The notes under the pieces: model-generated
The model's database searches: none
Told to the model about the DNA's origin: nothing
Seen by the model: only the letters and a program-made list of their open reading frames with translations
Shown: in pieces, positions 52,139-62,380 of the stretch
Numbering within the stretch: position 1 is the first letter of the stretch
Layout: every line of letters begins with the position of its first letter
Position numbers and translations under genes: made by a program
Assembly: GCA_043228905.1 (NCBI GenBank)
Contig: JBHGNT010000009.1
Coordinates: 17,732,001 to 17,796,000 of the forward strand
Length of the DNA stretch: 64,000 bases
Origin: Azolla caroliniana
Taxonomy: Eukaryota; Plantae; Polypodiophyta
Direction of reading: 5' to 3'

Positions 52139-52408
52139 ATGATGAAAACGTGGTTATTCAATCTTGGGAGAGAAAATTCCCTCACATATGATGTGAGAAA
52201 ATCTTTGACATCAAGAATAGTAGAAGACCTTAAATTTTGATGCAACAAAGAGAAATAATGTCAAGGAGTATGTACACATATAACGTCGTAGTTACTTCTA
52301 CGAATGTATTTTGTGTCCTCCTAAATTCATTTGCGTCCCACAACAATATTTAAACTATTTATTCTATAACGTATATATCTGATTCGATACTTGACAAGTG
52401 ACAGAGAA

Positions 52409-52468
52409 CTAGTGATAGAATAGTACCCTGCCAAGGTATAGACCCAGGTTCGATTCCCGGCCAATGCA
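52409..52468 (+). pseudogene. 5'-truncated tRNA-Gly(GCC)
   Basis: Lacks first ~11 nt. Confidence 0.75.
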
Positions 52469-52763
52469 TTGACCAAACTTTGCGAACCATTTTTTCATCA
52501 TATGAATCCCTTCATGTAATATGTGATGTAAATATTGAATATGATAAGTCTCCACTATCTTTAAAGACCAGAACTACTAAATCAACTATTTGGTTTTCGC
52601 TTCTTGTGCTAAAGTAATTCTGTTATGCTAGTGATTTCTCTACATTAACAATATCCTGATAAAGGCCAACGTAAGTTGGTGATTATTGGGCACTGGTTAG
52701 GGAATATCTATCCAATTGGATACCTGAGAAGTGATAGGGAATATCAGGTTTATATTTGATTAT

Positions 52764-52801
52764 GCATTGGTGGTTTTGTGGTTCGATTCCCGGCCAATGC
52801 A
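52764..52801 (+). pseudogene. tRNA-Gly with D/anticodon arms deleted
   Basis: A-box GGT joined to T-loop GGTTCG. Confidence 0.7.
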
Positions 52802-52996
52802 CTGACAAAATTTGCGAACCATATTTTCAGAATATGAATCAATTTATGTAATATGTGATGGAAGATTGAAGATGATAGGTCTCCACTATGTTTAAAGACC
52901 ACAACTGTGAAATTAGCTATATGGTACTCGCTTCTTGTGCTAAAGTAATTTCTCTTATGCTCGTGATTTCTGTACACTAACAATATTCTGACAAAG

Positions 52997-55900
52997 AAAT
53001 GTATATCGGTTGGTGGGACCACCAGGACACTGCGTCAGAGTGGAGTCGTGTGATTGGTTGCGGGACTGCCACTTCTACGGCTAAGGGCCCGAAAGGGGCT
53101 AATGTGAGTGGAGGCTTGCACAATTGTGTGGTAGCCATGCATAACTAAGGGCAAGATCCGGTCCCAGGTCGAGTGCAGCGGATCGATGTAGGCCGAGATT
53201 TGTTGTTTTAAGGTTCGATTGAGGCGCTCCGTCAATCCATTCGTCTACGGATGGTAGTGTGACGTAAATAATTGTTGGATCCCTAATTGTGTAGAAACAA
53301 GGCATAGGAGCTCATTGTTGAACTGGGGTTCTCGATCAGACAAGATTTGGAGTGGGCAACCATGGGGGAAGATGATTTTCCCCAATAGTTTGGAGGCGAT
53401 GGTCATAGCCTTCACATCTGGGATAGCGGCCGTCTCAACCCAACACGTCAAGTACTCGGTTATGAAGAGGATGAATTGTTCCCTTCTTGTGATTCGAGAA
53501 AGGGGCCCATAATGTCCCATCCGACGATTTCAAATGGAGCTTGAAATTGTATCGGATGTAAGAGGCCTTGAGCCACTTGAGATGATTTGATGGCCTGACA
53601 TAAGTTGCATGCTTTGATGTAGGAGGCGACCTCGTGGCGTAGCCCCGGCCAATAGAATTTGCAACGGATTTTATCTAACACCTTATGAAAACCCAAGTGG
53701 CCGGACAACGGGTGATCGTGGAAGAAACGAAGGTAAGACAGGCGCAGTTGCTCAGGCACGTAGACCCCGGGTTCTTTGCCTACTTGGCTAAAAAGCAAGA
53801 CATTATCCTGGATCATGAATTGCTTGGTGAGGGATGATGTGGGCTCGACTCGTAGGCGGTGGTAGATGTCTTGGATTTTTTTGTTGTGTTGTTGCATGTT
53901 GGCCATCTAGGATGAGGATATGGCGAAATCGATTGTGTCAAAGGAGATCTGGTTCGCCTGAAAGGATATGCGGGATAATCCATCGGTGATGATGTTTTGG
54001 GGGCCACGACGATAGTGCAAAGTGAATGTGTAATCCTCTAGCGCCAAAGCCCAACGGAGTAAGCGACCGGGTGGATGAGCCTTCTTAATGAGGGAGAGCA
54101 ATGGTAGATGGTCGGTTTTGACTGATGTATTTGATCCGTGTAGGTATGGGTGGAAATGATGGAATGCCCAGACGATGGCGAGCAACTCTTTTTCGGTTGT
54201 CGAGTAATTTTGTTCGGCTTTTGTAAGGGACTGACTTATGTAGGCGATCGGGCAGAGTTGGTCGTTGTCGTCGGATTGGAGCAGGACCGCACCAAGGCCG
54301 ACATTGGAGGCATTCGTCTAAAGATGGAAAGGCTTCGTGAAATCAGGGTGGGCCAGGAGGTCAGAGGCTTGGAGTGTTCGCTTGAGTTGCAGGAAGCTGG
54401 ATTCGCAGGCTTTGGTCCATAGGAAGGGTGCGTCCTTTTGCAGGAGTGCGCATAGTGGGGCTAGTAGGTCGGCTAGCCGTGGGATGAAGCGGAGAGAGAA
54501 CGTGAGGAGGCCGAGGAAGCGTTGAAATTGCTTGACTGTGGTGGGGTGTGGGAATTTTTGGACTGCTTCCGTCTTCTCTGGGTCCATCTGTACTACCCCG
54601 TCGACACTTCTTCCATTGCAGCTGCAATCGATAGTGTTGAACACAAGTTAGGACCTCTCGAAGGACTTGAAGGTGTTCCGCCCAAGTGCTTGTATGTATC
54701 AGAATATCGTCTAGATAGATGATTACGACGCGACGGGTGATGAGATCATCGAAGATGGCGTTAGCCATTCGTTGGAATGTGCTCCCAGCATCGGATAGGT
54801 TGAAGGGCATCCGTGTGAACTAAAACATGTCTTTCCTAGTGCGAAATGTAGTTTTGTGGGCATCTTTAGGATTCATAGGGATCTGCCAATATCCCGAGGC
54901 CAGATCGAGGGAGGTGAAGTACTTTGATTTGCCGAGCTGGTCGAGGAGGTCATCGATACGAGGGAGAGGACATCAGTCATGGGTGGTGACATGGTTAAGT
55001 TGTCGGAAGTCGACACAAAAATGGTAAGAGCCATCCCCTTTCTTTACCATGTGCTGCTTCGAGATCCACTCGCTCTTGGAAGGTGTGATAATCCCTTGTT
55101 GTAGCATAGTTCTGACAATGTTGTCGATGCGCTCGTGGTCGAGAGGCGAGCGACGTCGGGGAGCTGTGCTGATGGGGCGGGCGTTGCTTGTAGGAATCGT
55201 GTGGTGGATCAGAAAACGGACTGAGGGAGGTTTTGTAGGTGGTGTAGACAGCGAGGGAAAGGTGGCTAGGTACTGTGTGTTGCTGATGTGGGTGGTATCT
55301 CGAGGAGTAGTGAAGAGCGCGATCGGAAGGTGATTGGGGAGGATGAGCTGTTGTGAGGAGAAATCGAGACAAGCTCGACTATGGAGGAACCAATCACAGC
55401 CCATGGTGATTGGGAACAACTAGCGCGGGAGGACGTAGAAACGATGTTGGATCTGGGCGGAACTGATGGTGAGCATGCACATGACTTGCGTATGTGAGTG
55501 GTACAACCGTTGTTGGTCGTCGAAGAGGATTTTAATGGGCGGTGCGTGGCTCGTGGGAAGTTGTAATTGGGTGACTAAATCTGCACTGATGGAAGAGATG
55601 CTACATCCGTAGTCGAGGAGAACTTCTTGGGTCATGTGCTGGAGGCGGGCGATTGTGGTACAAACGGGCAAAGTTGATGACGTGGAGGCCTGGACATGCG
55701 GGGTCGGCTCGACCGTAGTATAAACAGGAGAAGTTGATGACGTGGAGGCGTGGACGTGCGGGGGCGGCTCTCCCTGCGGCACCCTGCGCATTAGTTTTCC
55801 GGGAGCTCAGAGAGGGAGGCAACGTCGGCTAATTGCACATTTTTGCTTCTGTTGGTGATTTTGCCACTTTCGGTAGTGATGCCGAATGTGGTCATAGTTG

Positions 55901-56836
55901 TTGCAGTAGAAACATTTGGGGTGTCCCTGGCTATCTCGTTCGGGCAATGCACGCTTGGTGCGGAATTGCGCGTTCTAGACGTCGATGTCCATGGGAGTGT
56001 CGGCTGGCATAGTGGTTGTATGATCGTGACTGAGATTACATGGTGTGTGCATGTCATGCGCGTCTGCAGCTTCGATGCGTTGGGAGGTGAGGATGACTTC
56101 GTGTAGTGTTGTCGGGCCTTGATTGCGTACACGGCGACGGAGGTCATGTCGGATACGCGGCCAGAAAAAAAACAACTTCATGTCTTCCGACATGTTGGCA
56201 TCAACCTAGCTTAGGATTTGCACAAACCGAACCACGAACTGGGTGATGGGTTCGCGTGGCTGTTGGGCAATTGACTCGAGTTGTTGTACGGCTGTTTGGC
56301 GGGAGTCTTGATGAGCAAAATTCCGAATCATGGCTGCCCGTAACAGATCCCAGTCGTTGCATGTCTCTTCGTGTTGTTGGACAAGCCATGTTGCTGCGAT
56401 ATTCTCAAGGAGTGTCTTCATTTCCATTGCCTTCCGGGGGTGTGGCCACTAGTGGTAACTGGCCACCATTTCGAAATGATTTAACCAAGAGAGGACGTCT
56501 TCCGATGGTAGGCTCGAGAATGGTTTTGAGCGAACTCGAGGGCCCGAGAGATTTTGTTGTGGCTCGGATCGTGCTAAAAGAAATGACAACATGGCTTGGT
56601 TAGTATGGTTAACTTGTAAAATAATGTTGGATAGGGCTTGAACCAATTGCGCGATTGGCGATGTGGGTTGATGTTCTTGAATTTGTTGTTGTAGGAATTT
56701 CGGATTCATTGAGTTTGCGCTGCCGCTGTTGTTGTCGTGTTGCATCGTGGCGTGTGTTGTTGGGGTCGTGAGTTGGGGTTGCTTTGCTCGTCTTCTCCAC
56801 CAAGATGAGAAATACTCAAGATGTGATTTGCTCTCA
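52997..56836 (-). mobile_element. Degenerate Ty3/Gypsy element inserted in the tRNA array, 3' end deleted
   Basis: PBS TGGTGGAG (56795-56802), gag, protease (VLLDYG), RT (FCVDFRQLN, MPFNL, YLDDILI), RNase H (KTDHLPL...RWAL), integrase (HDHPLSGHLG, GWDIMGPF, ERLNRTLK). Confidence 0.9.
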
Positions 56837-56881
56837 AGTGGTAGAATAATACCCTGCCACGGTACAGACCCGGGTTCGATT
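56837..56881 (+). pseudogene. tRNA-Gly(GCC) fragment abutting the Gypsy end
   Basis: AGTGGTAGAAT...CTGCCAC...GGTTCGATT. Confidence 0.75.
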
Positions 56882-57073
56882 GCTAAATTAGCTATATGGT
56901 TCTCGCTTCTTGTGCCAAATTAATTTCTGTTATGCTCGTGATTGCTCTACAATAACAATATTATGGCAGAGGCCAACATAAGATGGTGATTATTGAGCAA
57001 TAGTTAGCATAGCTATTTTGAATACCATAGACTCAATAAAAGAAAATCAACATGGTCTTATTGCATGTTGCAT

Positions 57074-57144
57074 GCATTGGTAGTTTAGTGGTAGAATAGT
57101 AACCTCCCACGGTACAGACTTGGGTTCAATTCCCGACCAATGCA
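57074..57144 (+). tRNA. tRNA-Gly(CCC), possibly functional
   Basis: Perfect acceptor, paired T arm, one anticodon-stem mismatch. Confidence 0.6.
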
Positions 57145-57445
57145 ATGATGAAAAACAAGGTTATTCAATCGTTGGAAAGAAAATTCCCTCAAATACGATG
57201 TGAGACAATGTTCGACATCAAGAATCGTAAATGACCTTAAGTTTTGTTGTAACGAAGAAAAATAATGTCAAGGAGTATGTACACATATAAGGTCGTAGTT
57301 ACGTCTGAGGACGTATTTTGTTTCCTTCTAAATTCATTTGTGTCCAACAATACCATAACAATATTTAAACTATTTATTTTCTAACGTATATATCAAATTG
57401 GATACTCGAGAAGTGATAGGGAATATCGAGTTTATATTTTGTTAT

Positions 57446-57516
57446 GCATTGGTGGTCTAGTGGTAGAATAGTACCCTGCCAGGGTATAGACCTGGGTTCG
57501 ATTCCCAACCAATGCA
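57446..57516 (+). tRNA. tRNA-Gly(GCC), near intact
   Basis: Intact A/B boxes and acceptor, one T-stem mismatch, T7 terminator downstream. Confidence 0.6.
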
Positions 57517-57813
57517 TTGACCAGGCTTTGGGAACCATTTTTTTGAGAATATGAATTCCTTCATGTAATATGTCATTTATATATTTAATATGATAAGTCT
57601 CCACTATCTTTAAAGACAAGAACCTAAATTAGCTATTTGGTTCTGTCTTCTTGAGCTACTGTAATTTCTGTTATGCTCCTAATTTCTCTACAATAATAAT
57701 ATTCTGACAAAGGCCAACATAGTATGGTCATTATTGAGCAATAGTGAGGATAGCCGTTTCGAAAAACATAACTCAATAAAAGAAAATTAGCATGGTCTTA
57801 TTCCATGTTGCAT

Positions 57814-57874
57814 GCATGGGTAGTTTAGTGGTAGAATAATACCCTCCCATCGTACAAACTCAGGTTCCATTCCC
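57814..57874 (+). pseudogene. 3'-deleted tRNA-Gly(CCC)
   Basis: Deletion at ATTCCC microhomology. Confidence 0.7.
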
Positions 57875-58106
57875 TCACATACGATGTGAGACAACGTTCC
57901 ACATCAAGAATTTTAAAAGAGCTTAAAGTTTGCTACAACGAAGAGAAATAATTCAAGGAGTCTGTCCACATATAACGTATTTTGGTTCCTCAATTTATTT
58001 GCGTCCAAGAGTGACACAACAATATTTAAACTATTTATTTTCTAAACTAAATATCATATTGGATATCTTAGAAGTAAAAGGGAATATCCAGCTTCTATTT
58101 CCCTAT

Positions 58107-58176
58107 GCATTGGTGGTCTAGTGGTAGATAGTACCTTGCCACGGTACAAACCCATGTTCGATTCCCAGCCAATGCA
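58107..58176 (+). pseudogene. tRNA-Gly(GCC) pseudogene
   Basis: 1-nt D-arm deletion, T-stem mismatches. Confidence 0.75.
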
Positions 58177-58474
58177 TTGACCAAGCTTTGGGAACCATTT
58201 TTTGAGAATATGAATTCCTTCATGTAATATGTGATGTAAATATTGAACATGATAAGTCTCCACTATCTTTAAAGACCAGAATTCCTTAATTAGCTATTTG
58301 GTTCTCTCTTCTTGTGCTAACGTAATTTCTGCTATGCTCCTGATTTCTTTACAATAATAATATTCTGACAAAGGCCAACATAGTATGGTGATTATTGAGC
58401 ATTAGTGAGGAAAGCCATTTCGAAAACCATAACTCAATAGAAGAAAATTAGCATGGTCTTATCGCATGTTACAT

Positions 58475-58533
58475 GCATGGGTAGTTTAGTGGTAAAATAA
58501 TATCCTCCCACCATACAAACAGGTGCAATTCCC
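58475..58533 (+). pseudogene. 3'-deleted tRNA-Gly(CCC)
   Basis: Same deletion as the 57814 copy. Confidence 0.65.
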
Positions 58534-58789
58534 TCACATACGATGTGAGACAACGTTCGACATCAAGAATCTTAAAGGATCTTAGAGTTTGCTGCAACGA
58601 AGAGATATAATTCAAGGAGTCTGTGCACATATAACGTCGTAGTTAATTCTGAGGACGTATTTTGTTTCCTCCTAAATTCATTTGCGTCCAAGAGTAACAC
58701 AACAATATTTAAACTATTTATTTTCTAATGTAAATATCAAATTGGATACCTAAGAAGTGATAGGGAATATTAAGCTTCTATCTCCTTAT

Positions 58790-58860
58790 GCATTGGTGGT
58801 CTAGTGGTAGAATATTACCCTGCCGCGGTAGAAACCCGGGTTCAATTCTTGGCCAATGCA
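58790..58860 (+). pseudogene. tRNA-Gly(GCC), several substitutions
   Basis: 71-nt match, loop CTGCCGC. Confidence 0.7.
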
Positions 58861-59158
58861 CTGACCAAACTTTGCGAACCATTATTCAGAATATGAATCC
58901 CTTCATGTAATATGTGATGTAAATATTGAATATGATAAGTCTCCACTATCTATAGAGACCAGAACTGCTAAATTATCTATGTGGTTCTCGCTTCTTGTGC
59001 CAAACTAATTTCTGTTATGCTTGTGATTTCTCTACAACAACAATATTCTGGCAAAGGCCAACGTAAGATGGTGATTATTGAGCAATAGTTAGCATAGCTA
59101 TTTCGAATACCATAGAGTCCATAAAAGGAAATTAACATGGTCTTATTGCATTTTGCAT

Positions 59159-59229
59159 GCATTGGTAGTTTGGTGGTAGAACAGTACCCTCCCACGGTAC
59201 AGACTCGTGTTCAATTCCCGGCCAATGCA
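59159..59229 (+). pseudogene. tRNA-Gly(CCC), A14>G and T-stem mismatch
   Basis: 71-nt match. Confidence 0.7.
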
Positions 59230-62200
59230 ATGATGGAAACAATGTTATTCAATCTTGGGAGAGAAATTTCCCTCAGATACGATGTGAGACAATGTTTGAC
59301 ATCAAGAATCCTAAATGACCTTAAATTTTGTTGAAACGAAGAGAAATAATGTCAAGGAGTATGTACACAGATAAGGTCCTAGTTACTTCTGAGGACATAT
59401 TTTGTTTCCTCCTAAATTCATTTGCGTCTGTAAAGAAGCAAGAGATGGATTCTGTGCAGCGGAATAGATATGAACTGTGTGTGTGTATGAGAGAGAGTGA
59501 GAGTGAGTGAGACACAGAGAATACGTAAGGTAAAAATATATTAACAAAGGAGAACGACGCAACATTTTCCAAGGTGGGAGGAGGGTGCTTTATATAGTCA
59601 CCCTCTCTCTTCATTAACTACAAGACTCATGGAGCATGGGGAATGTGAAAGCTCATAAGTTATGTGTCATAGGATATGATTCTATGAGTCTTACTAAATG
59701 CTAGAATACAAAGTGGTCACTTAATGGTGACTCTTGACTGTTGGAGTGTCTATTCACTCTCAAGATGAGTTCACACACTAGACCAAGTTGAGCTTGATTC
59801 TCAACACGCCCCCTCAAGCTCATGTCGGGTCGGTTTCATGCGTCGACTCGCATTTATGCGGAGTTGCGGAATCTATGCTCCAGCTTGCGTTGTGCGTAGT
59901 TGCAAAGTCTGTAATTCGGCTTGCGTCTTTCTTCGCGGCTTTGCGCGGTTGCGGAATCCACACGTTATTGCGTAGTGTCTTCAGTACTCCCCCTCAAGCT
60001 TGGCAGGTCAGGGATAGTCAATCCGAGATTGGTCATGAATTGCCATAGCTTGTCGGCTCCTAAGGCTTTAGTGAAGATGTCGGCGATTTGAAGATTTGTG
60101 CTAATGTGTTGTAGGTCGACATCGCCAGCTAGAACTCACTCTCGGATGAAGTGATAATGCACTTCGATGTGCTTTGTCCGCGAGTGGAACACCAGGTTCC
60201 GAGCCAGATAGATACTGCTCATGTTGTCGTAGTAAAGGGAAGTCGGATCCTTGATGGGTACGCCCAAATCCATGAGTATCCTTTTGAGCCATACGGCTTC
60301 ACATGCGGCCACTGCCGCGCCCCTGTATTCCGCCTCTGTGCTTGAAAGAGCGACGGTTGGTTGCATTTGGCTGCTCCAGGATATTGGTCCGCTACCGAGG
60401 GAAAAAACAAATCCGGAGGTTGATCTTCTATCGGCTTTGTAGCCGGCCCAATCGGCGTCTGTGTACCCTTCGAGTCGTCTTGGCATCGCGATCTTGTAGA
60501 GGATGCCACAATCCATTGTGCCGCTCACGTATCGTAGAACTCGCTTGGCGTAATCCAAGTGAGTATGACGCGGTGTTTGCATGAATTGGCTGAGGAGTTC
60601 GACTGGATAGCTAAGGTCGGGTTGAGTGATCGTGAGGTAGATGAGGCTCCCGATCAGTTGACGATATTGAGTTGGCATCTAGTTTGAGATTGCGATGGAG
60701 CAGGGTTGCCGCGGATTTGCACTCAGCCATCCCGAACTTGTAGAACAAGTTGAGGATGTAGTGCCATTGAGAGATCATGATTCCGGTCAGAGTCCGAATT
60801 ACCTCGATGCCGAGGACGTAGTGGAGCTCCTTCATGTCCCTCATCTCAAACTTGTCGGAAAGGAGGGATTTGAGTTTATTGATTTCGACGAGATGCTCAC
60901 CTCCAATGACTAGGTCATCCACATATAAAATAGTGACGATCGGACTTGCGGAATTGCTTCGTATGTAGAGGGAGTTGTCCGATTTTGACATACGGAAGCC
61001 GATTTGATGAAGATATTGCGTTATCTTCGAATGCCAAGCACACGGTGCTTGCTTGAGGCCGTAGAGTGGCTTCTTGAGTCGGCATACAACTTTTGGATGG
61101 GTGTTCGAGTTGAAGCTAGGTGGTTGTATCATGTACACCTCCTCTTCTAATTTGCCTTGTAGAAAGGCGTTCTTGACGTCCATTTGATATAGGTGCCACC
61201 CTTTCACTGCGGCAAGCGCAATTACAGTCCATACCATCATCATCTTTGCCACCGGGGCAAAGGTCTCTTCGTAGTCAACTCCGTGTGTTTGTGCGTAGCC
61301 TTTCGCTACGAGTCGCGCTTTGTAGCGGTTGACAGAACCGTCGACGTTGTACTTCACTTTGTAAATCCATCTGCATCGGATCGCCTTTTTGTGTGGTGAG
61401 GTGGGAACGAGATCCCACGTCTCGTTCTTGCGTAGTGCCTGCATCTCCTCGTTCATGGCTTCGATCCATCGCGGATCCTTGGCTGCTTCGGAGAATGTTT
61501 CCGGCTCGCGTGTTGTCGCCACCTTCATCATAAAGGCATAGAGATATGCCATGTAGTCGTTGTAGCCGAATCGGCTGATCGGATTCTTTTCACGAGTGGA
61601 GCGACAGACCTTTTCATTTGCAGAGATGAGGGCTTTCTTAGCTCCGATTGGTACATCGAAACTGCCGAACTCACTATCGAGTGAGTGAGTCGACTCATCG
61701 TCGTCGAAGCGATTGTCTTCGTATTCTGCCATTTTCGCCTTGCCTTTGTCCATCTTCGGGCTAGGCCGTGATGTGCTTTGATCACTCAAAGGCACTTGTG
61801 GTCCACTCAGTCGGGTCGTGATCGGACTTTCTTCGAACATGCACGTAAGGCGAACTTCATCTTCTATCTCTTGTTCGGCGGATTTCGGGTCGAGGGGAGT
61901 CGGAGTCGGAGTCAGAGTTGTCTCTCGTGCATACCAAGATGCAGACTCATCGAAAACGACGTCTCGACTTACGCGAGATTTTCGAGTTGAGAGGTTGTAG
62001 CACTTGTGCCCCTTTTGCTCCAATGAGTATCCTATGAGGATACATTTCTCCGACTTCGGATCAAGCTTTTGACGCTTCTCGACGGGGATTTGCATGTACG
62101 CTATTGCGCCGAATATCTGGGTGTGCGATAAGTCCGGCTTCTTCCGAAAGTATTTTTCATGCGGAGTGACCTCGTGCATGCCGGATGTTGTGCACCGGTT

Positions 62201-62380
62201 CATTAGGTAGACGACCGTATTTGCAGCTTCGGCCCAATAAGACTTGGGCATATGCTTCTCGTTTATCATGGCCCGCACTACTTCGAGGATGTGCCGATTT
62301 TTGCGCTCGGCTACTCTGTTTTGTTGCGGAGTGTGTCGGAAGGTGAATTCTCGCCGAATTCCTTCCTTTCGGAGATACGT

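Larger units (their letters stand above)
46923..59428 (+). repeat. Tandem tRNA-Gly array, ~740-bp dimeric unit (GCC copy + CCC copy about 370 bp apart), interrupted by Copia and Gypsy insertions
   Basis: 17 tRNA-Gly copies or fragments; unit spacings 744, 738, 740; spacers align. Confidence 0.93.

Noticed and set aside
52139-52260. Hammerhead ribozyme or Sm-class snRNA in the CCC trailer
   Set aside because: No CTGANGA...GAAA core with proper stems; AATTTTGG resembles an Sm site but is equally a Pol III terminator, and I see no U-snRNA similarity
52764-52801. Functional tRNA minihelix
   Set aside because: The acceptor pairs but the T stem is broken; explained by a GGT-microhomology deletion
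46923-59428. CRISPR-like repeat-spacer array
   Set aside because: The repeats are tRNA genes and the spacers are homologous to each other rather than unique; eukaryotic context, no cas genes
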